64,000 bases of DNA, from assembly GCA_964016885.1 (NCBI GenBank), contig OZ024740.1:354640001-354704000 (forward strand), written 5' to 3'. Source of the stretch: Eledone cirrhosa (Eukaryota). The notes under the pieces are model-generated. The model made no database searches and was not told the origin of the DNA. It saw nothing but the letters and a program-made list of their open reading frames with translations. Shown piece after piece: positions 51,715 through 64,000 of this stretch. The position numbers and the translations under genes are program-made. Each line of letters begins with the position of its first letter. Position 1 is the stretch's first letter.

Positions 51715-54700
51715 GCTAACGAGGCAGTAACAACCTGCCACCCTCTACACACCATCATAAACTGCGAGCAGGGTACAAATTGTTTGTCCTTAAATGCTCG
51801 CAGTTTATGCAACAAGATACATCTGTTCGAATCCTACGTCAGAAGCATCGACCCTGACTTCATCACAGTCACGGAAACATGGGCACATTCCTTACTCTGT
51901 GATGGGGTTTTCAGCATTACTGGGTACAACCTTTTCCGCAAGGACCGCATTAACCGCCGTGGTGGTGGTGTGATGGTCTACGTTCGTTCAAACTTTTCGG
52001 TAATTCCTTGTGTTGATTTGAACGAATCACAGGAAGAAGTTTTTTTCTGTGACATACGTATGACCATGTCAACACTTCTGCTTGGTGTTGTTTATCGCCC
52101 CCCAAACTACCATCAGGACACACAGCTTTGCAATATCCTCAGAGTTGCTGCCAAGAAAACAGCCACTTATGTGTTTATTGCAGGTGACTTCAATCATCCT
52201 GAGATCGATTGGGAAACCTTTCGTTGGCCACAAGGTGCAAACGATTTCCTTGAACTAGTGCTGGACTCAAACTGGTCACAAGTAGTCACCTCTCCAACAA
52301 GAGGTGACAACACTTTGGACCTGATCTTCACCACTACTCCTGAAGTGGTTATCAGTTGTACTACTGAGGAACCTCTAGGCGACTCTGATCATGCTATGAT
52401 CATTGCCAATCTGGCACTTGAGGGCAGCAACAAAAACCAGAGCCATCTCCAATCTGCTTGCTTTGATTGGAAGAGGGCGGATTGGAACTTGTACTGCACT
52501 GAGCTACAGCGCCCAAACTGGCATGAGATGTATAACTCTGGAGATGTGAACTCTATACTCCAGAGCATCCTGGACTCAATATGGATAGCGTGTGCAGCAT
52601 CAGTGCCACGGAAGCGGAAAAATAACCACCCCAAAAGTGCAATCTGGGAAACTTCAGCGGTCCGACTTGCCAGGAAAGAACGTCGGAACGCTGAACGGGA
52701 ATATAAACTGCATAAATCAGATGCCAACAGAAAAAGGCAGAATAAATCTTCTAACCATCTCAAGCAAGTGACAAAGAGGGCAGTGCTTGAATTTGAACAG
52801 TGCATCGCAACCAATCCTGACAGTAAGGTGTTCTGGAAATATGTTCATTCAAAGCAGAGACCTCACTCTCCAGTTGGTCCTCTTCGCAATCCCCACACAA
52901 GCCAGATCACTGACGATCCCAAGGAATGCGCAGAACTCATTGCTGAGTGCTATGCAAGTATTTTTACTGTTGAAAACCAGAATGTACCATCTCCACCATC
53001 TCTAACATCAAATTCCATAACAACTATGGAATTTACACCTGCAATGTTGCGACGTCACCTTAAGAATAAGCGCAACTATGCCTCCCTGGTCTTGATGGTG
53101 TGACATACCTGCTTCTCAAACGTGGCGGGTATTTCCTTTTGCGCCAGCTTTCTTTCTTCTTTCAATACTGTCTCAACAATGGTGCTACTCCGGAGCAGTG
53201 GAAAACTGCCAGTGTCATTCCCCTGTTCAAAAAGGGCAACCGCATGTCACCTGTCAACTATCGTCCAGTCAGTCTTACTAGCTGTATGGCCAAACTGATG
53301 GAATCCTGTGTCAGAGAAACACTTTGGAACTTCTGGAGCTCTCACAGCCTCATCCGGTCCTCACAGTTTGGATTTATCCCTAACTCCAGCTGCTGTGATC
53401 AGCTTATCGAGTTCCTTGAGGACATCACCCGGATCACTGACAGCGGCTCATGGGTGGATGTTGTTTACCTTGACTTTGCTAAGGCTTTTAATTCTGTGCC
53501 ACACAAAAGACTTATGGCAAAACTCTCTGCAATGGGTGTGAGGGATGATCTTTTCGACTGGTTGAAATCCTTCATTCTCAACCGAAAAGAAGTAGTCACG
53601 GTTCTAGGACAGCATTCTTCACCATATGAGATGTCATCTGGTGTACCACAGGGATCTGTTCTTGGTCCTCTTTTGTTTGTGGCATATATTAATGACATAG
53701 ATGCCAACTTACAGAATGCCACGGTACTAAAATATGCAGATGACATCAAGCTGTACCTTGAAATCAAAAGGACTGATCCTGAAATTTACAACTCTTTCCT
53801 ACAATAGGACCTGGACACAATGCAACAATGGATCACAGACTGGCAACTGAAGCTGGCTGCGGACAAGTGTACCACCATGCATTTTGGAAGGAAAAATCCA
53901 GCGTCCACATACTCCCTCCACAACACTGATATCAAAAAGTCCTCTTGTGAACGTGACCTGGGCATTACTGTCAGCAACGATTTGCGTTGGACAAAGCATG
54001 TCTCTAAGATTGTCAAGAAGGCCGAGGGTGTCTTGACATCACTCAGCAAGACCTTTGTTAGCCGCTCTCCAGCCATCTATTTAAAACTGTATACAGCTAT
54101 GGTACGACCACACTTGGAATTCGCATCATCAGTCTGGAACCCCTATCTTGCTCAGAACATTGACCTCCTGGAAACTGTTCAGAGACGTGCAGCCAAGCGC
54201 ATACCCTCCATCAGACACCTACCATACTCTGAACGCCTTGCTTCCCTGGGCATGGATTCATTGAAGCTCCGACGTCTGGCAATGGACTTGGTGAATACCC
54301 ACAAAGTTTTTAACCATCTAGCCAATTGCAACCCTGAGCGCCTCTTTGATCTCCATGTGTCTAACACACGTGGACATGCCTACAAGATCAGAAAACAGCA
54401 CAGCTCCCATGACTTTCGTAGACATTTTTTCACGCTCAGAGTTGCTGAAGCATGGAACAAACTGCCTGCGTCAATTGTTAGCTGCCGAGACACTGCATCC
54501 TTTAAGACACTCATGCTTCCCGAAATACGCCAAAACTACACCTGATGTACCCCTTCCATACACATGCACACGTGTGTATCATGACTCATGCACTGTTCAT
54601 TTTACTGATGTTTGTGCATTGCCCTATGTACTGTACATGCACTTTTTTGATGAGTTGTGGTGCACCTGGGCACTGTACACGATATTTCATTATTGTTGTT

Positions 54701-54835
54701 ATTATTATATCATGAATCATACACTGTTCATTTTCCTGACATTTGTACATTATTCTATGTACTATACATGCACCTTTGATGAGTTGTAGTGCACCTGAGC
54801 ACTGTACACAATAATTTCATTATTATTATTATTAT
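51715..54835 (+). mobile_element. CR1-clade LINE, nearly complete ORF2 (APE plus RT)
   Basis: ORFs 51784-53103 (LNARSL, ITVTETW, VYRPP, GDFNHP, LDLIFT, SDH), 53100-53807 (NYRPVSLTS, QFGF, YLDFAKAF, GVPQGSVLGP, YADD) and 53820-54545 (ERDLGI, VRPHLE, TRGH). One frameshift near 53085-53100 and one stop at 53805. 3' UTR is duplicated and ends in (ATT)n. Confidence 0.95.
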
Positions 54836-55003
54836 AATAAAAGTCACTCAACCTACTAGAAATAGCAGCCAATATCTATCAAATCACACAATAACTGCTT
54901 TAACAAATTTTCTTGAAAAATATAAAACAGCACTATGACTGCATCACATTAAAAATTAAAGTCTTTACTCTAATACTGCAAACGTTAACAAACTTATATT
55001 TAA

Positions 55004-55208
55004 CCCTTTAGCATTTACACTGCTCTCTCTCTCTATATATATATACTATTGTATTTTCGTGGTAAAGGCTTTATCTCACATATATTGAATCTATGAAATT
55101 TTGATGTTATCTATTTGAGAACAATACCTTAACATCAGTATGAGTGGCTAGTTACAACAGAAAAAGGTGAGAGAATTCTGGCTGGATATGGCCAGTTTAA
55201 ATGCTAAA
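55004..55208 (+). mobile_element. piggyBac-like MITE, right end truncated
   Basis: Homologous to 13437-13634. Confidence 0.75.
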
Positions 55209-56829
55209 TATTTTCTACTAAATCATTAGAAGATATCAAGAGTTTTAAAAAGGGAAGGACATATTGGGTAACTGAGATAAACTATATCTGAAAGGACAGG
55301 GTTGTTATAGCTAAAATGCGTTTGATTATAGGTCTGCCCAGTAAGAGCTGATATAGAGATAAACAACAAAAACAGATAGTGAAAAGTATCCATGCTAGCA
55401 TGGTAGAATGGATGTAAAGTGGTGATGATGATGATGATGATGTCCTAGTAAAAATATTTAGAACATACTGTAAACAAAAAAAGCATTTGTATCAATGGAA
55501 GGTGATAAAGTTTTATTGATTCAACAAAAAGAAATATTGACAAGAAATATACAAAAATAGTTGTAAGTCATTAAGAATGTCAATAGAAAAAAATCTATAA
55601 AATAGTGTATTTATTGATAACTTTTGTTTCTAGAAACAGAATTTTTAAAAAAGGGAGTGAGGAATATTTAATTTCACACTAACAATTTCAAGACTAAACT
55701 AACTGTAGTAATGAATCGATGAGTTTAAAGAGAGAGAGAGAGCGCACACAGGACTTGCATTCTTTCTTTGTCAGCTAGTGTACTGGCATTGTGAGAGATC
55801 AGCTAAAATACTTGTGGATTTGCTTAAGAACTTGCCAAGCCTATCACTCTTTTTTGTCAGCTCCTGAAGGACCTGCTTTTCTCCAAGTGACAGGAGGTGG
55901 GATTTGAACTCAGAAAATGCACAAAGCTGAAACAGATATAACACAAGGCATCCTTCCTCACTAACATTCTGTCAATCTACTGCCCTGTGAAAGGGAAAGA
56001 GTGAAAACTTCAGTGAGATTTGAACTGAGTGAAGAGACCCAGAACAAACTCCACAAAGCATTTGATCTGATGCTCTAATAATTTCAACAAACTGATGAGT
56101 ATGCATTGAATAATAGAAAGTAAAATGCAGCAATGGCTATGTGTTTGTATTAGCAAACAGACTTACAGTATATATAAAGATAAGCAACAGGAAGTGGTGA
56201 TATTAAAAAATTAGGTTAATAAGGTATATTTATATAAATAACAGTTCATTTATTTTACACCCTTGTCCTTAAAATCTCTATATTTTAACATAAAAAAATA
56301 AATTATATTTACAATGTTTAAAATTACAAGGAAAACAGTATATATACAGTAAATTTTTCTTACAATTTCAAACAATCTCAAGGAGTGGAGTGGAAAAAAC
56401 ATCTCCAATAGTTGTCAATATAGAAGAAAAAAACCCATTTAAAATGAACCATAAGTTACAATGTCAGCTGAGGGCGCAGCAAGCTGACATTAATTGGAAG
56501 CAAACAGACTCTACATATACTATCAGTAGCTGCTGCAGTAACTAAATTTACACAACCAAAGTCATTCATATCTTTTTAACAAGATTTCTATCACAAAAGC
56601 AAATATATCAGTGGGGGGAAGGGGTTGTCTTTTTAATAAATGATATCATTTATTTGATAAAATATAACACTTTTTTTTTTCTTGCTTTTTTCCATTCTAA
56701 TTAATATGAGGTAAAAAGGCAGCAAACAATCTTATCACTGACGATTAGAAGAAACAATTCTCAGCTGCAATATTTGGCACTATTCTCATACTAACACACA
56801 TACACATTTTGTTTTTGTTGGTTCTGACA

Positions 56830-57110
56830 AGGAATGTACCTGTCGCTTGAATGACAGAATATCCTACTTGTGAAAATAACATGCAAATGGCTGAGCATTT
56901 CACTGACAGGTGTACCCTTAATGTAGTTCTCAGAGAGATTCAGCATGACAAGACAGGCTCTATTAATTATAGGTACAACTCATTTTTGCTAACTGAGCAG
57001 ACTGAAGCTATGTGAAATAAAGTGTCGTGCTCAAAGACACAATGTGCTGTCTGGAATCGAACTCACGACCTTACTATCATGAGCTAAACACCTTAACCAC
57101 TAAGCCTTCA
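56830..57110 (-). mobile_element. tRNA-derived SINE within the probable 3' UTR of the minus-strand gene
   Basis: Matches 26590-26920. Confidence 0.75.
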
Positions 57111-57208
57111 CATACACATTCATGTACTCACAGACAAAGACACACAAACCAAACAGTTGTGAATTGAAGTACCACCTTATAGTCGAGGTGATACAATGCT
57201 TTTAACTG

Positions 57209-57437
57209 TCAAGATGGCTTTGTTTTAAGAGGGAAATAAGCAGAGGCCAGAGGTGGCTGGTTAGGACGATTGGTGTTAAGTTGTGCAGGTAACCTAGATG
57301 AGGTCATGATAGGAATTGAAAGGGAAGGCACAGAGTGTTTCTTGTTTGAAGCTAACATATTTGTGGGCACAACTGGATTTCGATGAGGATCAACTTCATT
57401 TCCTTTGGAAGATACATGACCATTATGGATTATATCC
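57209..57437 (-). CDS. Terminal coding exon of an unidentified host gene (Pro/Ser/Asn-rich C-terminus ...NRPNQPPLASAYFPLKTKPS*)
   Basis: Strong polypyrimidine acceptor ending ctcag at 57438. Phase-2 join to the upstream exon gives AA|G (Lys) and an open frame to TGA at 57209. Confidence 0.8.
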
Positions 57438-58407
57438 CTGAGAAAAAAAGAAATAAAAAGCAATTTTAATGTCATGAATAGATTTGGAAATCTCCCTTTT
57501 GTTATCATATTTCTAATAAAACACACTGCTTATGATTTTGCGATAATCAAGGATTTTGGAGGGATTTATCAGTCACACCGATAGAATTAGCCTATAACTA
57601 GTGACATTAATCAAGGCTACTTCAACCTTTGATCAGGCACTCATCCCAAGAGTGCCCAACCATGTTACCCTCAGTTCAAACATGTGTTCGATGTTTGGAC
57701 ACCTATGTTAGCTCAAAACGTTAACACGACCACATAAATGTTAAATAGAAGGCATGTCTTGGCCACAATCAGAGTAATTGCCTCAGATGACACTACCCTT
57801 CACCCCACTAAGGAAGTTCTGTCTGTTCTTCAATTCAAGCATTCTAAGCCACCCTCTGACCTCAAACCCATACCTTCATCCAATCCTTATCCACTATATG
57901 TGGCATCCGAGGAAAACACTGTCTCTGCCACTAACTTTCTCATTACTAAGCTGGTGTTGGGAACATAGTTTAATATAAGTTCTTATATAATTATGAGGGA
58001 AAGTTGTTTTTTTTTTAGATAAATATAAACACCTTAATATCATAAACCAAAGATAGTTTTAGGAGGTTTGGTATCAACATGGTTAAATAATTTATTTGCT
58101 CATTGAAAGTGTAACAGTGACCTTCAGATCTACTTAGAGACACCCAATTTATATAGGCTGTCAATGTGTCAAATTTTATCTCTCTGGTTATACAAGAGAA
58201 ATAAAATTTGATTTCAGCAAGATTTGGCTGCTATTTCTAGCAGATCATTCAACTATGCTGAGAGTCCCTCGTTAACTCATAGTTTACTTGATTTCACTTA
58301 ATTCTGTACACTCTATGATGTGAAATATATATGACTGCTCACGAAATGATTGCAAAATAAAGACAATTATAAAAGTACAAGTGACATGATATAGTTTGTA
58401 AACATAC

Positions 58408-58568
58408 TTTTCTGCTTCTCTTGATGAAGCCAAAATTGGAGAGGGTTCTTCAATGTGAGCTCCTGGTTGACAAGGGGGTCTACATTCTTCAGCAATCGGA
58501 GATATACCTCTGTTTGGAGGTTGTTGTGCAATATTTAATCTCCGAGAGGCTATACCATTGTACTGGAC
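58408..58568 (-). CDS. Penultimate coding exon of the same gene (VQYNGIASRRLNIAQQPPNRGISPIAEECRPPCQPGAHIEEPSPILASSREAE)
   Basis: Acceptor tcttgattcttttag, donor GTATGT, 161-nt open exon, phase compatible with 57209-57437. Confidence 0.8.
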
Positions 58569-58869
58569 CTAAAAGAATCAAGATAGATAATTAATTAAAC
58601 ATTTATGAAGACATAATGATGCAAGTAACACTTTCTAATTCATACAAACATAAGATGGTACTGAGGTTTGTTGAAGCATGGTGTAAGTGTAGAAAATTCT
58701 TTGTGAAATGAATGGTAACTGTTAAAAATACAATGCTAACAAAGATGTTGGAATGTTGCCTTACAGTTCTTTATAAGTCCTCATATTTTGGGATAAAATC
58801 CCTTCCTCAAAAGATGAGACATAATTTTATAAAATGGCTTTTGAAGAAATAAGTTTTTAAATATATTTT

Positions 58870-59142
58870 TTAAGAGAAGACTGCATTGGTATGGACATGT
58901 GATGCACATGCACATGAACAATGACTTCTGGGTGAAAAAATGCCAGGAAATCCCAGTGGAAGGAAGCCACAGTAGAGGAAGACCAAGAAAGACCTGGGCA
59001 GAGGTTGTGAGAGCTGACCACAAATTGCTAAGACTGGCAGAGGAGATGACGAAGGAATGTGATGAGTGGAGAGAGGCCAAGTTGAGAAGGACCCATCCAA
59101 CCTATACAAGCATAGAAAAACAGACATAAAAACAATGATGAT
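58870..59142 (+). mobile_element. RTE-like LINE 3' end
   Basis: RRLHWYGHVM...VEGSHSRGRPRKTWAEVV with a (GAT)n tail. Confidence 0.85.
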
Positions 59143-60506
59143 ATATCTAAAAAGTCCTGCATGAATTCTATGAATTGTTTTTTTTAATTCATTTACTATT
59201 TTACATCTATTAGAATGTATAGGATGGTCTTTTTACATAATGTTGAAGAAACTGAGTCTACAGCATGACATCTTTCCACTCATCCACAAAAAGTGGTGAA
59301 GTTGCTATTAGAATTACACAGCCCAATGGTTGTAGAATAATTTGAACTTATGATCATGTGGTCAGTAAACCAGCTTTTTACCTCTGAACTATTTAACCAT
59401 ATATATATCAAATTTCTAAACCTGTTGGAAGATTCCTATAATAAATTATAATAAAAACAAAAAAACTGTCTAACATGTATCTAACTTATCAAAGCCAAAT
59501 TATACTTGTCACAGTCAAAATGTTCTTATTACAACCCAAGTATTCTATTTGTGTAAAAGCAACAACATGAGATATGTCAGTTTGTTGTAAACAGTGGAAA
59601 TGTTTAACAATTTAAACAGTGCTTGTCATCAGGGAAATAAAATTATATAATTCTTTTACTGGTTGTAGTCCTTAAACTGAAGCCATTCTGGAGTACTATT
59701 CTGGGATTTAGTTGATCATATTGACTGCAGTACTTAATTTTAAATCTGGTATTTATTTTATTGATTACTATTTGTCAAACTGCTAAGTTACAAGACGTAA
59801 GGGAAAAACACTGGTTGTTAAGCAGCATAGACATAAATACAGATACAGACAAACAGACACACATGATGTGTTTCCTTAGAGTTTTTTGTCAATTACTATA
59901 TATAAGCCAACCTCCTGTTTTATGCTTGAGAAATGGGCAAAAATCCAAACTCCATGTAGAAGCCAAGGCAGCTAATCAACACATTATGTTTAGATGGAGT
60001 GGTTTTGAAATTCTCATGAGTGGAAAATATATTTATGAAGTTTTAATATTTTGATATTTAAAATGTTTGATGTGTTATTTAGAGCATAGGTTTTGTCTTA
60101 CAACTCCATTACATAATGATTTTTTACCCATTTCATACCGTTTTGAAAGCCATATTCTTTCAAAACAAATCAAAAACAAATTTCACCTCCAAAGTGAAAC
60201 AGGTGTAATATTCACCTCCAATGTGAAACCGGTGTAATATTCACCTCCATGTAGAATCTGAAGTTGGTGAAAATTGGCAAAATATTGACCACGAATATAA
60301 GCCAACTTCCATTTTATCACATTAATTCTTTTGTCACATATTTCTTGGCTTATATACGAGTATATATGGTAAATTTCACACACAGGGCATTAGTTCACCT
60401 GAAGCTATAGTGGATGACATTGGCCAAGATATCACATAGTGGAATTGAACCCAAAACCACATGGTTGCAAAGCAAAATCCATAACCACGGAACCAAAGAA
60501 AATTAA

Positions 60507-60720
60507 CCCTTTAGCATTTACATTACTCTATATTTACTAATGTATTTCATGGTAAAGGATTTACCTCACATAATTATCTCACATAATATTGAATCTATGA
60601 TATTGTGATATTATTTATTTTGAGAATACCTTAACAGTATGAATGGCTGGTTATAGCCGGTTTGAATAGAAAGAGGTGAGAGAATTCTGGCTGGATATGG
60701 CTGGTTTAAATACTAAAGGG
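60507..60720 (+). mobile_element. piggyBac-like MITE, complete
   Basis: TTAA-CCCTTTAGCATTTA...TAAATACTAAAGGG-TTAA. Confidence 0.85.
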
Positions 60721-62039
60721 TTAAATATATTCTCTCTTCACAGCAAAACTAAATTGCTTACTTTTTTTTTATTTGTCCCACCAACCCATGCTAGCAAACA
60801 AAGTAGACATACAATGATGATATATTGACACTTGTCAATGTCTACAACAATAAGGAAGTTTAAAATTTATATTTTATGTCAGTTTATTCACTGAGTAAAA
60901 CTTTTAAGTATGATTATGATGCACAGTGGTGACCTAGATATTATGATATTTGACTCATAATCATAAGGTTATAAATCCGATTCCTAGACCAGGCAGCACA
61001 TTAGATTCTTGAGCAAGACGCTTCATTTCACATTACTTTTCATGATTGAAACAGTAAAACACCCCCAAAAACATCCGATGAGATATAACCTAGTAGAAGG
61101 CCAACTAAACCTGTATAGGTGTAAGCAGTATATTTCATTTCATTTGAAATGCTTGTTACATTAATAGATCCGAATTCGGATATTTTCAGTAGCATTTGTA
61201 TTGTGTGTCTGAGTAAGACATATCAGTCTGATGTAATAACAGGATCAACCTTTATCTTTACTTCATATTTTATTAGATAGTAGCAAGGTCATTTAGCTGG
61301 TTAATAACTAGACAAAAACTTTTTAAAGAAGAAAAACAAAATTTTACCACCAAATTTAGCATCGAAAACTATGTAAATCAGGAATCTCTAGAGTGGTCAA
61401 TATCAACCTCTGGGAGTTGATGGGACTCCCCAAGGACGGGGGACGGGGAGGGGGAGGGAGATTTTTTAACTTTTGAGCCCAAACCTGACATTTGTATAAG
61501 AAATTAAAATATAAAATAATACAATAGAATAAAACTTATAATTAGTAATCATTGCCTTTTTATTTTATATTCGGTTTACCAATTTATTTATTCACTTATT
61601 TATTTTTGTACATGCCAGGGGTCGATAGGGGATAAAAGATTCCATGAAAGGATCGATGGTCTCAAAAAATTTGGAAATCTCTGACATAAATGAATAAATA
61701 AACAAGCAAATAGACAGACAGATATACACGCACAGAAACTTAGTTAAACACAATGTAAATACTATGTAGAGATAATTAGAAGCTTTGTGTTTACAGAAGT
61801 AAATAACTGATGGTATAGTTAATATAAAGTCAACCAGTGGACACAGAATTCAGAAAACATTGGTGTGTAAACAATAACGAGCATCGTTGAAAATGTGTTA
61901 ATTAGCAGGGGTTGCTTTTCATGTAACATTATGAATATTTTTCGACAAAATGTGCTTAAAGGTTGATTAAAAACATGAGCATTGTTGTAGTTGCTACAGC
62001 ATCACTACCACCATTGATTAATAATGCCATTATTCTTAC

Positions 62040-62345
62040 CAACACCACCACCACTACTCCTCCTACCACTATTATCATCATTACCACCACCACCTGTGTC
62101 ATGATGGACTACCACTACCACCACCACTATTACTACTACTACTACCACCACCACTACTATTCCTCCTCCAACCACTACTACTACTACAACTACCACTATC
62201 ATCATTACCACAACCACATGTATCATTGTGGAGCACCACTACTGCTGCTGCTGCTACCACCACCACTACTACTACTACTACCACCACCACCACCACCACC
62301 AACACTATTATTTTCTACTACCACCCTCAAATACTACCCACTAGC
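62040..62345. repeat. (ACC/ACT)n compound microsatellite
   Basis: Direct inspection. Confidence 0.9.
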
Positions 62346-62365
62346 ATCATCACAACAATCAACCA

Positions 62366-62465
62366 CCGTGGATTGGCAGTATCGGTAGAGGGTCGGACAC
62401 CATGCTTTGACGCATAGAGTACTAGAATAATTGCTGACCTTGTACTAAAAGTAGAAACAATTATT
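62366..62465 (+). mobile_element. Internally deleted Nin/Deu-family SINE
   Basis: SINE head is fused directly to the tail aattgctgaccttgtactaaaagtagaaacaatt. Confidence 0.7.
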
Positions 62466-62712
62466 ATTATGCACTATCACTATTAAGTACCAACATTAAT
62501 AGCATTAGTAACCCTTGCCCCCATCACCAACTACATTTATTATGTATAACTGTTACCATCACCAGATACCATGAGCAACTACCAAACCATCACCAAAGTC
62601 TGGAGTCTCTAAATGGTTGATCAACCTGCTGGAAACAACAGCTAAACCTTCCTCCAATCACCAACTACCACTTTTAATGTAATCATAAATATATTCAGTT
62701 TAAAAATATAAT

Positions 62713-64000
62713 ACTACCACAAGTTATTACCACTGCTACCACAGTTATCACAAGTTATTACCACTGCTACCACAGTTATCACAAGTTATTACCACTGCTA
62801 CCACAGTTATCACAAGTTATTACCACTGCTACCACAGTTATCACAAGTTATTACCACTGCTACCACAGCTACCACAAGTTATTACCACTGCTACCACAGT
62901 TATCACAAGTTATTACCACTGCTACCTCAGTTATCACAAGTTATTACCACTGTTACCACTGTTATTACAAGTTATTACCACTGCTACCACAGCTACCAAA
63001 AGTTATTACCACTGCTACCACAGTTATCACAAGTTATTACCACTGCTACCACAGTTATTACCACTGCTACCACAGTTATCACAAGTTATTACCACTGCTA
63101 CCACTGTTATCACAAGTTATTACCACTGCTACCACAGTTATCACAAGTTATTACCACTGCTACCACAGTTATCACAAGTTATTACCACTGCTATCACAAG
63201 TTATTACCACTGCTACCACAGTTATCACAAGTTATTACCACTGCTACCACAGTTATCACAAGTTATTACCACTGCTATCACAAGTTATTACCATTGCTAT
63301 AACAAGTTATTACCACTGCTACGACAGTCATCACAAGTTATTACCACTGCTACCACAGTTATCACAAGTTATTACCACTGCTATCACAAGTTATTACCAT
63401 TGCTATAACAAGTTATTACCACTGCTACGACAGTCATCACAAGTTATTACCACTGCTATCATGATTTATTACCACAGCTATCACAAATTATTACTACAGC
63501 TACCACAATTTATTGCCACTGCTATCACACGTTATTACCAGAGTTATCACAAGTTATTACCACTGCTATTACAAGTTATTACCAGTGTTAACACAGGTTA
63601 TTACCACTGATATCACAAGTTATTACCACTATTATCACGAGTTATTACCACTGATATCACAAGTTATTACCCCAGTTATCACAAGTTATTACCACTGTTA
63701 TCACAAGTTATTACCCCTGTTATCACAAGTTATTACCACTGTTATCACAAGTTATTACCCCTGTTATCACAAGTTATTACCCCAGTTATCACAAGTTATT
63801 ACCCCTGTTATCACAAATTATTACCAGTGTTAACACAGGTTATTACCACTGTTATCACAAGTTATTACCAGTGTTAACACAAGTTATTACCACTGCTATT
63901 ACAAGTTATTACCACTGTTGTCACAGGTTATTACCACTGATATCACAAGTTATTACCGCTGTTATCACAAGTTATTACCACTGTTATCACAAGTTATTAC
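62713..64000. repeat. Minisatellite of 31-bp and 22-bp related units, running off the window end
   Basis: The unit accactgctaccacagttatcacaagttatt (31 bp) grades into accactgytatcacaagttatt (22 bp). Confidence 0.95.

Noticed and set aside
61963-62417. His/Tyr/Pro/Thr-rich ORFs
   Set aside because: Trinucleotide microsatellite translations.
62713-64000. CRISPR-like array or repetitive protein ORF 63513-63833
   Set aside because: No unique spacers, eukaryotic context, and unit lengths (31, 22) are not multiples of three.

Overview
AT-rich, repeat-dominated animal DNA. The SINE families, RTE/CR1 LINEs and abundant (TA)n/(CA)n/(GA)n microsatellites resemble octopus (coleoid cephalopod) genomes; this species assignment is an inference. 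Host coding sequence is limited to two spliced terminal exons of an unidentified minus-strand gene (57.2-58.6 kb) and a possible first exon at 32.0 kb. The rest is transposon-derived: RTE and CR1 LINEs, a CRE-like fragment, an internally deleted mariner, TTAA and TA MITEs, tRNA-derived SINEs, a decayed Gypsy element, two copies of a non-coding tRNA-Trp-primed LTR element with TG...AA ends, and a 31/22-bp minisatellite. The most notable signal is a set of about 8-10 type I hammerhead-ribozyme motifs from several families. They lie in short non-coding Penelope-like (PLE) or retrozyme-like units inserted in (TA)n tracts, often as inverted pairs. Two have the compensated U3-A8 core, and one family has an enlarged stem II loop. 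A cluster of near-perfect fold-back palindromes lies among them at 43-46 kb. All structures were folded by eye, and coordinates of decayed repeats are approximate.
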